Assembly: GCA_002633005.1 (NCBI GenBank)
Contig: NMRA01000020.1
Coordinates: 888,803 to 952,802 of the forward strand
Length of the DNA stretch: 64,000 nt
From: Phoronis australis
Lineage: Eukaryota; Animalia; Phoronida
Reading direction: 5' to 3'
Shown: positions 1 through 11,781 of the stretch, piece by piece
Position numbering within the stretch: position 1 is the first letter of the stretch
Layout: the number at the start of each line of letters is the position of its first letter
Notes under the pieces: model-generated
Told to the model about the DNA's origin: nothing
Seen by the model: only the letters and a program-made list of their open reading frames with translations
Databases searched by the model: none
Program-made: the position numbers and the translations under genes

Positions 1-88
1 TTGTGTTGTTGATAAATTTATGAGGTGCAAAATTAGTTTGAATTGCAAAATGTGAACGTCACATCAAACCGTAGTCATGAAATCGCAT

Positions 89-925
89 CTTTATGTGCCC
101 CCATGATAGATGTGGGTGCATTATGCTGTCATTTCTGTCCACTGTTTCATCTCAAAAACCTCTTCAGTTGAATGATCGTAGACATTTGCAGACATATTCT
201 GTTTAACTACTGTTATACACCTCGGTTTCAATTTTGTTTTTTACATTATCATCTACATCTACCTATTATGTCCTTGGCGAATTTTTGGGAAACATGGCAA
301 ATATGTAGAGACTTTGATGCCTTCTCATTTTCAGTCTACATAATCAGCGCCCTCCAGTAGCCATTTCTTTGTTATTTTTGCGTCTGTTTCTTGGCATCCG
401 TCTGTATTTGTCAAAGTGCTTAAAGTATCAGCTTGTGAAATTTCACAGACGTGTTCGTACTGAGATGACTACGGATAACGATGATTTTCAGACCTTTTGC
501 ACTACTGTGGCAATTTAGGTTTCCTTTGTGTGAGTCTCTACATCTACCTACCAGTAGTTCCTTGATGGATTTTCATTAAATTTAGCAAATAAGTTTTCTT
601 ATATGGAGACAGCGACTCATTCAATTTTCTGATGGATTTAGTGTATCCGTCCCCCCATTTGGCCATCTATTGTTGGTGTCTTGCATCTCTATCCGCCAAA
701 CCTCTTTACAGATCACTATGAAATTGTCCATGTTTAGATGATCACCTCCGATGTAGATTTTCAGATGATTTCAACAGGTGTGTCCCCCAAGTTTGTACTT
801 AATTATGTTCCTGAAATTTCAAATGTCTTCCAATAACTGACTTGAAATAGTTGCGCCATATTGAATTTCGCTATTCCGCCAGACGGAGAACAGGTCTTAG
901 GTGGATATCATTTTAGCACCATCTA
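89..925. repeat. Degenerate interspersed repeat (Helentron/HINE-like non-autonomous element) in a MED1 intron
   Basis: Begins TTTATGTGCCCCC...GGGTGCATTAT (short stem), followed by several diverged internal repeats (catctaccta..., gattttcaga...); no coding capacity. Boundaries approximate. Confidence 0.35.
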
Positions 926-1600
926 CAGATCCCATATAATACGGACGGAAGGTTTCAACCTGCTAGAGGTATAAACAGCATTTTAACACCTTTCTACTGT
1001 TGTGCGGTGGAATGTACTAATGCCTTACGAAAAAAGACAAACCTCTTGAAATATCAATGGAAGAATGAGGACATCGTGTTCCATTTCCCACTGGGATGAA
1101 GAATCTGTGACAAAGCCATTGAATGTGGTTGATAAAGTGGAGGAATTTTGATCCCAGTCAGTGTCAAAAACGTTAAAATAAATTAGTGAACTTAAACTAA
1201 TCAAACAATGAGAGGGACGGACAATGGAATTTAATTTGTCTGCTTTTAAATTAATGAACCACTATGTAGTAATTGAACTTCTGTCCACGAAATCTGAGTC
1301 AGGATCAAGCGGTCGTTTCGGGCTAGTGGGAATTTAGGTTTTCTTTATGAATGACACTTGATGTATGTTAATTAAAATATTAAGTTTATATCAAGGAGTC
1401 AACAGCATTTACCTAACTTCTGACAGATTTGGCTCGTGCTGCACCCCCCAGTGGCCTTTTTATTAAACAACCCTAAAAACACACTGTAAGCGATGCAGTC
1501 GTGGACACAGTACTATACCTTGTGTCGCTGCTGTTGTTGGTGGTAAGGTGTAGTGTTGTCTTCCCAGTTTAAGTCTTCTGTTAATTTCTGTTTGTTCCAG

Positions 1601-1725
1601 ACTTCCATCCTTTGCCCCCCTTACACACCTGAACAGCGCCACATTACCAGCCATTTTTGTGCTGAAGCTGCAGAAGCCGGTCCCAGTCTGCACTGCCCTA
1701 CTCAGAGACATCTCAGGTGTTGCTG
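1601..1725 (+). CDS. MED1: Mediator subunit 1, internal exon (LPSFAPLTHLNSATLPAIFVLKLQKPVPVC...)
   Basis: ttccag acceptor and G|gtaag donor; translation resembles the Med1 N-terminal domain (human TPSFSSITSANSVDLPACFFLKFPQPIPV); phase 1 matches the next exon. Confidence 0.9.
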
Positions 1726-2028
1726 GTAAGTCGCGCAGCTCAGGCAGGATCCTCATTTCTTCAAGTTTAGGAGGGGGGAGATTGACTAACTGATTCTTGG
1801 GCGGAGGTAGTACCTTCTTTTTACTGAGGGAAATGTGAATTGTTTTTGGCATAATACGTGCTTTCTAACTTTGCATAATATGAGCTCCATTCATGCTTTA
1901 GAAATTTCAGAGTTGCTCTTTCTTGGTTGGGTGTATTCAGTAAGTTGTGTTGTCCTACAGTTGATTATCCATGGCTAAATTTTTGAGAAATTATAAAAGA
2001 AAAAAAAACTAATCGATGTTTTTCCTAG

Positions 2029-2138
2029 GTCCCCACTTCATGGACAAGGAATCTCCTCAACTGCTGGCAGATCTGCTGGCGCAAAATGTGTCTGGAGGTA
2101 GAATCACTAGTGAAGCCATCACTAAGGGACTTCATGTG
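2029..2138 (+). CDS. MED1: MED1 internal exon (GPHFMDKESPQLLADLLAQ...KGLHV)
   Basis: ttttcctag acceptor, GTG|gtgagt donor, open frame, phases 1/0 fit both neighbouring exons. Confidence 0.85.
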
Positions 2139-2544
2139 GTGAGTGTGTCAGTCAGTGGTACTAAAGCTGAGAGTGGTCTAGGTTGCATAATTGCATGATT
2201 AATTTGCTTTTGCATACCAGGAAGTACTTTGTGATAAAACAGTATGGTACTGGGATTGAACTGTTGACTGTCACTTGTGAGAGCTGAGTTGGAGCAGTTT
2301 GTTAGCTAGCAGACTACAAGCATGGCTCTAATGTTTCCTTACCTCCTTTTTTATGCCTCTACTTCTGTACTTCTCAGCACGTTAGGTGGTTAATATAGTG
2401 TTAGTGGGCTTGCTCACAGAAAGCGTCTGGTGCTCAGTACCGGTGACCTTGACCTTAAGATGTCAAACCATTCATTGAACTGGCTATGACATCATTCCTT
2501 ACTCAGATCAGCAGATTTTGATTTTTCCTTTCACTTCATTGTAG

Positions 2545-2734
2545 GCCCTGCCTGGCCAGAACCACCGATACTTTATCAACATGTCATTGGGCGTGGGTGA
2601 CGTCAAGGGTGTGGTCGTTAAAGAGGTGCCATTCATCCACCCCACCGCTGTCCCCCAGATCTTAACTGTGTTGCGTCAACAACTGCTGTTCAATACTCTC
2701 ATAGGCAGCTGTATCCGACCAGGCACTGACGAAG
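2545..2734 (+). CDS. MED1: MED1 internal exon (ALPGQNHRYFIN...PFIHPTAVPQILTVLRQQLLFNTLIGSCIR)
   Basis: Strong match to human MED1 ALPGQQHCYFLN...FQHPGRVPLILNLIRHQVAYNTLIGSCV; canonical AG/GT ends. Confidence 0.95.
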
Positions 2735-3160
2735 GTATACTGGTGTTAACGATTTCTTGCCAGGTATTGGCAGGTATTACATGAAAAAATTTGGCTTATA
2801 TTTGCCTCATTGATTTACAACTAATTTCCTATGTCCAATTTTTCACAGGATATAATAGCTGATAGTTTTTAGTACCTTCTGCCTTCCCATCTGCTGTTTT
2901 CAAACTGTCGACTAATTTCCGTAGTTTTTTGGCAGCTGTATCCGGCCAGGCACTGACGAAGGTATACTGGTGTTAACGATTTCTTGCCAGGTATTGGCAG
3001 AAATTCCATGAAAAATTTGGCTTATCTTTGCCTGATTGAATTACTACTAATTTCCTATGTTCAATTTTTCACAGGATATAATAGCTGATAGTTTTTAGTA
3101 CCTTCTGCCTTCCCATCTGCTGTTTTCAAACTGTCGACTAATTTCCGTAGTTTTTGTGGC
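2704..3160 (+). repeat. Tandem duplication, 2 x ~227 bp, including the exon end and splice donor
   Basis: ggcagctgtatccg...gaaggtatactgg... at 2704 recurs at 2931 with few differences; ggcagct microhomology recurs at ~3158. Confidence 0.95.
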
Positions 3161-3339
3161 AGCTTTGTCCTACTAAGTGATTTCTGAATTTTTTAAGTGA
3201 CAGTATGTACACAGTAGTTGCCAGTTTTCACATGTGGTTCCCTTGTGTTTGCACTGTGTTTGTCCACCTCATTCTTTGAATCAACATTTCTTTCTTTGAT
3301 TTAATAGAGATTGTCTCATAGTTTGTTCTTTATTCTCAG

Positions 3340-3435
3340 ATATAAAGAATTCTCTTGTGTTTGAGGTCACCGCCATGTCTCTACAGCTGATTAGTGTTAC
3401 ATTCGAACATCCGCTTGATGACTCTACTGCAACAG
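3340..3435 (+). CDS. MED1: MED1 internal exon (DIKNSLVFEVTAMSLQLISVTFEHPLDDSTAT), ends at a GC donor
   Basis: ttctcag acceptor; matches human LQFEV...FSVSFQHPVNDS; donor CAG|GCAAGT is phase 1, as the next exon requires. Confidence 0.9.
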
Positions 3436-4445
3436 GCAAGTGACTGTTGTGACATCTATTGGCAAAGGTTTGGCATGTATCATGAACAGTATTCGGGAGC
3501 AAAACTAATGGTAGTTTCAAAATGAACTGGACAAGATCAAAATTTGACAAAATTATGACACATAAAACGGCGTCTAAATTTATTTTTTACCAGAATCCAT
3601 TTCAGATCCGACGAGAAAACAGTGATAGGTTTTGCTCCATCTACATAGTCAAAATCACGACAACTTGCGCAAGCCCATAACATAAATAAACAACTGGTGA
3701 TTAGGTGCAGCAGCATCACATTAAACTTCGACAAAAGTTTGACAAAAATGCTATATTATTGTGACAAAAATTGGTCTTAACTGTGAACTAATTCTGATGA
3801 GATGTGTAGACAAGCTTTCAGAGTTCTGTCAAAGTCTTTCTAGTTTAATTTTGAAAAGTGTTCTTCCAGTTAGTGTGTTATCATGGTTAAAATTAAGTGT
3901 GCTTGAAAGATTTGTCTTAAAATGTTGCCTATTAGCTGTAGTCGCGTCACCAAAACACCTCAGCTCCCTCTCTGGTTGTACAATGTTCTCCTGCAATGCT
4001 TCACTCGAGTAGGGCACCTGTCCCTTTGGCTGTACATTGCTGTTGTTCTAATCTCTATTTTACAACAAAATTTTTTTGACTTTTGTTGCACTATTGCTGT
4101 TGTTGGTGCAGTAAGGTGTAGTGGCGACTCCAACCAGTTCGTCAGCCGGGTGGGGCACGTTGTATTGTGTTTCTCTTGTCAGTCTTTACTCAGTAACATG
4201 TAGCGGCCCAACTTTTCGAAATCTAGGTCAATCATAAACTGCAAAAGAGGAGAGTTGAATTTGGGATGAGGTAATTCAAAGCATAGTATTCAACTGCTGA
4301 TTTTGTCCGACAATTCAAAGCGGAATACTCGACTGTTGATTTTGTCATCTGGTGAAGCTGTGCAGCCAAGGGCTTGGTCTTATCATGTATTGAACTTCAG
4401 TCTCTAGCTATCCCCTATGAATACTCTAATTTTTCTCTGCTACAG

Positions 4446-4548
4446 TCGACTTCGACCTTAGTGACATAACCAGTGTGAAGTGTAAGCTATTCTCAACGTC
4501 ACCTGAAAAACTGTGCACAGATGAATTGGCCACCAAAGTTGTTCAGAG
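4446..4548 (+). CDS. MED1: MED1 internal exon (VDFDLSDITSVKCKLFS...LCTDELATKVVQR)
   Basis: Matches human SCKLY...ICTDDFIAKVVQR; ctacag and AG|gtaata boundaries. Confidence 0.95.
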
Positions 4549-4938
4549 GTAATAGTATATTTATGTGTCACACTCTTCCACAGTTTCTACAGAAACTAGG
4601 AACTGTTCAACTTCGATTGACTATTGCCATGCCTTTCATGTCATTCAACACTGTGAATACCTCCTCATTGCCAAAAATACATGCTTGAAATTTCATCTAG
4701 TTGTCCAGCTGCTAGCTATGTGGACCCTTAACCCAGCAATTGGCACTTTAATTGGAAAGTGAAGAGGTTGGGAGTGGGTACTTACCTGTACACAGGCGCC
4801 CAACTTGAATCAGACAGTTGCCCTGGACACCCATTACCTTGGAAAATAAAGTCCACTGATCTGGCTCTTTATCATTACGAAAGTTGAATTGGCGTTTTTT
4901 ACTAATAAGTGCATTGGAGTTGTAGCTAATGAATGCAA

Positions 4939-5028
4939 GTTGACTAGGAGGGGATACAGGTTGACTAGGAGGTGATACAGGTTGACTAGGAGGTGATACA
5001 TGTTGACTATGAGGGGATACAGGTTGAC
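4939..5028. repeat. 21-bp minisatellite, ~4.3 copies (GTTGACTAGGAGGTGATACAG)
   Basis: Directly visible tandem units. Confidence 0.95.
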
Positions 5029-6243
5029 AAAGTACCAGCTAAACTTCTTGGACTGACTTGCTATATGAATGTCATAGTCATTGAAGATACAAACTCAGAT
5101 AAGTCTAAGTGCAAGCTTCTATGCAATGACCATAACTCCTGCCACATCTATGCCGAGACTCAATAGTGATCTGGTTTTCTCATTTGAAAGAGCACCTAAT
5201 TTTTTTTAAATCAATTTGGTGAAGCCAGTTGCTGTGGGTACCAACCCGACCAGTGAGTCTTTAATTGAAAATTTTCATATTAAGTAATTTGCTTAAGATG
5301 TATTTGCATGCTCCTAACTATGCTAATGTATAGCAGGAACTAAACGACAATGCTATTTGCGCATCATCTATGCAAAAAAAGTGCAGTTGTATTCACTGAC
5401 TACTTGTAAACGAGAAAACAAAAATTCTGAAAATAGGTGACCTTTGCACTAATGACGTACCTTCAGGGCTCACATAGTCTGCATTGTACAGTGTTATTAC
5501 CCAGCACCATATCACGATATTTACTGGATATGGTTGGTTGATTTACGGTGGATTATTTTCGACACAAAACTCGTTCATAAAAACATTTGGCAATTTTCAA
5601 CCTACTTCATATCTGCGCTATATGTTGTGTTTCTAACTAATATGACCATGCAATCACACAGATAAGGAATTACCATTAGCTTGCAAGTTCCACTTTAATT
5701 TGTATGTCTGAGATTTGGTCAAGATCTTCAATTTTAGAAATCTGTTTCTTACTGTATGTCAGAAATCTTCCCCATGTTTAGTCCACGAAAACAGTTCTTT
5801 CAATTTTTCTGTGACCCCTCTTGCCTGTCTGTTCCTGTCTATGGTCTTCCAAACAGTGCCTGAAAGTTTTCTATCAAAATCTAGTTCCTTGCACCCTGTT
5901 GCCTTTCATTTCTATATCATTCCAAATGCCTGATACTGTCTTTCACTGAATAAATGTCTTACATTTTCTTTACGATTTCATATGACTGTAGTCTTATATC
6001 TCTAATTCAAAATGCCTAATTTCTGTGTCCCTGATCCTCTAATTTTAAGTAATACCTGTTTTTTTCTAGGATTCCAGGTGCCCGATCCAGCGTAACAATA
6101 CCTGAGCTTTCTCAACATTTTAGACAGGTGCCAATCTTCACACCAGTTCGTGCCACCTGTGTATTCTAAATACCTTTTCTTTGCTTTCTGCTCCCTGGTT
6201 CTCTTTGATGATCGGTTAAGTCAATACCGCCTTTCTATTTCAG

Positions 6244-8048
6244 ATGCCTGTCTATACCTGTTACCATGCGTGCCATCCTCCGCTGCGCTGTAGCTGACCT
6301 TGAGAAACAGTTGCCCCCAATAGCGGACGTACCAACTAAAGCCATTGGGCAACAGGAGAAAGCCAAGTACACAGACTCACCATTCTTCTGCAGTAGACAA
6401 TACATGTCCCTCATACCTAATGGTCAGGGTTTTGCAGGATACTCACACCACAGCATTCCAACAGCATCAGCATCTACATTCGCATTGCCTGATCAGAGCC
6501 TTCTTGGTCTACCATTGCCAAATTTTAGTTTACACCAAGGGAGTTATCCTATCAGACTCCACAGACAGTGTTCATCCGAGCAGTTTCCCATCACAACAAA
6601 CATAGAACACCCTCGCAGAATGCCGAATCACCAGATGACCTTTCCATCGCCAACCCAAGGGCCCAAACACAGTATGACCCCTTCGTCATTCAACCAGCGG
6701 GATAACCCTGCATTCTTTCCTCCAGCAAGCCGTCCCAGTGAAGGTATTTTAGCTGGTACCCCTGCACAAAAAACAGAGGAAGACTGTATGACAAAGAACC
6801 CAATGTTGTCCAGTTTACTCGATCAAGACACGCCTGTGGTAGGGAACAATTCCATCCTGTCTAGTCTTCTTGGTGACAACACTGAGCCGCCTGTCGTGCC
6901 CATGCCAAAAACCAAAAAGCCACGTCGTCGTCGAACTCTGTCCACTGAGCAATGTAACGCACGAAGCCCAAAACGTCGACGAACTGATGTTGATGATCTG
7001 CTGTCTCCTGACACCGCCAGCAACCCCATCAGCATCTATGACTTTCCAGCCAGTGGCTCAGAGAGTATCCAACAGATGTCACCACGTGCTGCCTCAGCAG
7101 GTCATAGAACGCTAAGTGTGGATAGCGTGCCAGATGAACACAAGAGCACGACGGAGATCGCCGCCATCTTGAACAAAAACAGCATGTCGTCTTCGACTGT
7201 GATGACCATCGGCAAGCTTGGCGCATCTGTTGCTCCACCTGGCTCGACAAGACACTTGGTGAAGCTTAACCGGTCAAGCTCAATAGAGGGCGCTGGAGAG
7301 GAAAGTGAGCTGCAGGCTATCTTGGAGCGGGACTCCCCCTTGAATCCAGAGATGTTTTCCGCTAAGGATAGTGGAACATTCACACCATCAGACTTTATTG
7401 GACAGGGACTTGATACCTCAGGAAATGTGAAAGAATCGAGTGGCGAAAGCCTTGACTTCACTGCAGACATCCTGAACACTAACGTGATTGATAATCTGTC
7501 AGAGCCAGGGGAAGGCAGTTTGGATCTGGATGCTTGTGATGCCAATGCATTTGGAACTGGAATCACCAGTTCGGTAGCGGTGTCAAAGCTGACTTTAAAA
7601 ACTGATAGCAAACCGTCCGAGTCAGTGAATCAGCTATCCTCATCATTGTCTTCCGATTCTGCCAAGTCAACCCAGCAAGGGGAGACAATTAGTGAAGTTG
7701 CAAACAAAGACAGGGGCAGTAACTCTAAATCTCCCCTCATTAAGCCTGATGATGTAACCAGAATGGATAAGAAAGATAAGTCGAGTAAGGACGGTAAGAT
7801 AAAGGAACGGAAGAAAAGCAAATCTGTCTCTTCCGATAAAGGAGAGCGTCGCCTTCTGAAGAGTTCGAATGTATCCGTCCGATTTGTGGACAAGTCAGTG
7901 GACTTGGCACAGGAGACGGATGATTTGTGCAAGAAGGAGAAGCCACTGAAGGTGACTATCCGCACGTACCCAGAATTGCCTAAGGAGAGTCTTAAGGCTG
8001 AGGAGGGCTCATCAGCACGCCGAGACGCTGAATGTGCAAGTGAGTCTG
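6244..8048 (+). CDS. MED1: MED1 large exon: CLSIPVTMRAI, two LxxLL NR boxes, Ser/Lys-rich disordered region
   Basis: tttcag acceptor, CLSIPVTMRAILR (human CMSIPVTMRAIRR), KNPMLSSLL and NSILSSLL; CTG|gtaagt donor is phase 1 and fits exon 8517. Confidence 0.93.
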
Positions 8049-8516
8049 GTAAGTCCAGTGACACACGCTCAAAATTTTTGGGAAAACAGGTGTTTTCAAC
8101 ATTTTATTTGTTCTGTTATATTGTCGTTTATATGGTTCACAAAGTCACAGATCAATTGAATGCATTCACCAGAGTTAAATAGACATGCCTTGGACTACAT
8201 GTACCTATGTGAGCAGTGACATCTTACTTCTCTAGAAATGGGACGCTCTAACACATTATTGCTGTTTTCCTCACAAACATTCACTGTCAATATTATTTTG
8301 GTGTTTTTCATTTTCTGTTTTGCTTTCAAAAACTGAGTACTACTAATAGTAACTCTGTTTGATATAGTCAAATGAAAAGGCGCCGATAGAGCATTACAAC
8401 CAACCATCCCGTCACAGAGAGTTGTTCCTTGTCTCAGTCATCACATGTTGCCTGAGTGCAAATAACTCTAATGTATAATTGATATAATGACTGTGTTTCT
8501 TTTTGTTGTACTACAG

Positions 8517-8771
8517 AAGAAGGTGCTAATGTCAAAACAGTAATTGTGCCCAAGCCTGACCACTCACGGCAGGGCAGTCTGGACGCTGGCCGGAAACGAC
8601 TTGAGCCGGATGAGGCTTTGAGGAAGAGGAAGCGAAGCGAGGATTTAATGAAGAAGGACAAAGGGGCGAAGAAAAAGAGGGACGAGGGTCGAACTCTTGT
8701 GGACCCTTCCAAATCGGGCAAAACCACATCAGGTGAAAAGTTACCAACCAGGATCAAGATCACCACATCAG
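8517..8771 (+). CDS. MED1: MED1 basic (K/R-rich) exon
   Basis: ctacag acceptor, CAG|gtgagt donor, open frame, phase 1/1. Confidence 0.85.
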
Positions 8772-11700
8772 GTGAGTGATTTTTGTCCTTTTAGTGAAAG
8801 TTTTGGAGTACCAAAGTCCTCACTAGTTCATATTCTAGTCACCTTGACTCGTCTTGTACTGTTATGAGTGAACTTACTTCCACGTCAATGTCGCTCTAAC
8901 TCACTTAATCTGTACACCTGCCTTCCTTGACAAAAATTAACTTTTCATCTAGACTACTTACCATTAAAATTGATCTCAAATTGTTCCTTAGTCAGAGTAG
9001 GTGTGATTTATGGGCTTGGAAAAATTGACAATTAATCGTTATTACTTGAGCCCAAACTCTACAAGACTTCGCGGACTTGTCATTTTGTTCGCTGAACATG
9101 TTCGCAACCAAGACCGAATGGTTAGGTCTCTGTAAGACCAAAAATCACGCCTCGTCTAAGAAAGAGTCGAGTTGGGAGTATTATAACATTAAGTGGTGTA
9201 ATTCGAAATGTAATGTCATCTGCTGAACTTGGGTTTAGAACCCCGTTAATTTGAGTTTTCATTGGAGTGCAGTGGTCTTCCTGGTATTTTGTCACACAGG
9301 CACCCCGTAGATGGTCTATAAATGATGGCTGGGGACCGGTTTGATGGGTTGTTGTTTTCACTGTTGCCATGGGTTTCATCTTGACTGCCTTTCCACATGA
9401 TTCAATGTTTAATATAATTCTGATACAACTACCCATGCTTCCTCATCCAATATGAATCTTGAAATGCTGACAGACTTTCATGTGGGAAGGACAGAGCTTT
9501 AATTGGGAAAGATAAGACTCAACATTGCAAAATACAGAGTGACCAGAAGTGGGAAGGACAGGGTTGTTAAATTAGCAGTATTAAAAATTGCAGGGAAGGT
9601 TAGACTTTAAAGTTGGCACCCTATTGCCCCTTGTGTGCCTATACCAGTCTGAGAGGCAGTACAACTCTCTAATTTTGAAGTGGACATTGTTAGTAATGCC
9701 ACAACTGTGTCAAATGAAGTTCGAACCTTGCATTTTTAGGTGGGAGATGATTTTCGCATGCACCTGCACATAATTCTATTTTTGTGGGTTTAGTGTGATT
9801 GCAAAGTGAATAAAAGTTCTGCATTTGACATTCAACAGGACAATGATATTCAGTTAGGCTATGTGAGATTGCAAAATGAAGAGATGACCTGTCCTTCCCA
9901 TCGCAATCCCCTCCTTCCCATGTCTCATGTGTCCTTTGCATTTGTGTGCCTGCCCTACAGATCCCTCATTCCTTCTCCCTCCTCATTTTTGGCTCCTGCT
10001 TTCCAATGCACAGTCTGAACTTCATTTTGTGCCTTACATGTTTATCCATTATACCAGAGCGAATGGCTGATGGTACTGCTCTAGAGCCGCCTCAGTTGTG
10101 GTGTCTTTGCCAACCCCTATGCAGCGCTAGTTGCAGTCCCCAGTGTGCCAGTGTAGCTCTGTGTGCTACCTCTTGCTGGTTAGTTGGGGTTATTTCTTGG
10201 TCTTTTTCTGTATGGGGCTATTCAGTTCTGGGAGTTGTTGGGAGTTAAAAGTGGCATGCCCATTTTTTAGTTTTATGTTTTCACCACCTCCCTAATGTAA
10301 CTTTCACCATGTTATACTTTGTAATGCATTGTTTGTTTGTTGTAGTTTCTAAAGATGTACATGAGTCTTTGGAAAATAACATTTTCGGGACCAAAAGTTA
10401 AATCCAAATACGCTTGGAAACTTTTGTTTGTGTGCGGTTTGAGCTGAAAACGTTGATGTTTTGGAGTTTATTTTCTTTGAACCTGAGGTTTTTAATCTAA
10501 TACCTCCTGGGCGTATTGTTGGAAAATTTTCGTGTACGCCCATTGGGAATATTTGCCTATGAGCTTCATTTTGTCTGCAAAAAACTGGTGTAACACTTCT
10601 GGTGGTTTTGCGATTATTACATGAACGTGTGTGAATGCTTGTATCCAGGTTTGTAGTATTAATTACTTTTTACACATTTATGTGTTCTTGTTACTTTCAT
10701 AAGCTGGGGGTCCGAAGGTAAAATGTTTGAACTGTTTGCATTACTACACTTTATTGTTGCGTTTAGTACTAACCGTAGAATTTCCTGCTGTGAGACAGTG
10801 TTTAATGCATATGTGAATATTTCTAGGTTGTTTTTAAAAGCCACTGATTGAATATTGGATATCCTTATTCACGTTTTCTTGACAGTCTCCAAACAACTTT
10901 GTAACTGTCCAGATGCCAGTGTGGGTCTTACTTTTAGTACTTTACCCCTGTTGTAAATTTCTGAGACAGGCTTGCCCTGGATGGTCTGCTTACAGTGAAG
11001 ATCCGTCTATTGACCCTTTGAGTATGTTCCTAATATTTAGATTCCTGCGCCTGTTTGGAATGCTGCGCCTATATCCAGAATTAGGCACATGCGCATGTGT
11101 GCGAATCGTTTAAACAAAAAGCAAGGATTCAGTTTTAAACATGTGAGTCATTATTCTGTATATATTGACGTGACTGTTTATTTTAAATCAAAAGTACAAA
11201 AATACCCAGACAGCAACTAATTTAAGAAAAGCATACATGCATATAAAAGCCGAAAGTTCCTATAAGTAAAGCTTCGGCGTATGCGCCGATAACCGAAGGA
11301 GCAGAGCATTTTTTGAAAATAGCACTCAGTGTGAATGATGGTGCGTGAACTCATCGATTATTAACTGTGTATTGGGTGCGCTTGGAAACAGAAATTTAAG
11401 TTTTGGCTGTAGGATTTCTCAAAAAAGATGTAGTGTAAGAAGTATGAGTAAGACAAGGCCTCTGCTTGCCATTCTCTTGTCATCAAACATACACAAGTTC
11501 TTTCAACATAATTTTATTTTGAGCCAGGTTATCTCTTATGTAGAATATTATGGTGATATTGTGTAACCATGTAATTTCAGTTTACTACCACCTCTTCTGG
11601 CCCAAGAGCGTCAGAGGTCGGGTACTTGGTAGACTGAAAAATCCAGTTGTATGTATCCCTAGAGCATTACTTTGAGAAGTTCCCCGTTTGAACTTGAGTG

Positions 11701-11781
11701 TGATGCGTTTTGTTGAGTCACTACCTGATGTTCTCTCTTGGTAAAAATGTTGTATAAATCTGCCTTTCGTTCGTTTTTTAG

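Noticed and set aside
4939-5028. Regular 21-bp repeats as a possible CRISPR-like array
   Set aside because: Head-to-tail units with no spacers, in a eukaryotic intron; an ordinary minisatellite.
6345-8064. Many overlapping and antisense ORFs (e.g. 7102-7611, 7630-8064) and likewise at 11585-13193
   Set aside because: Shadow frames of the large GC-richer MED1 exons; no splice or domain support.
8049-8182. C-terminal extension of the 638-aa ORF (…KFLGKQVFSTFYLFCYIVVYM…), looking like a TM tail
   Set aside because: Read-through into intron; the phase-1 donor at 8048/8049 fits the next exon, whereas the donor at 8089 does not.
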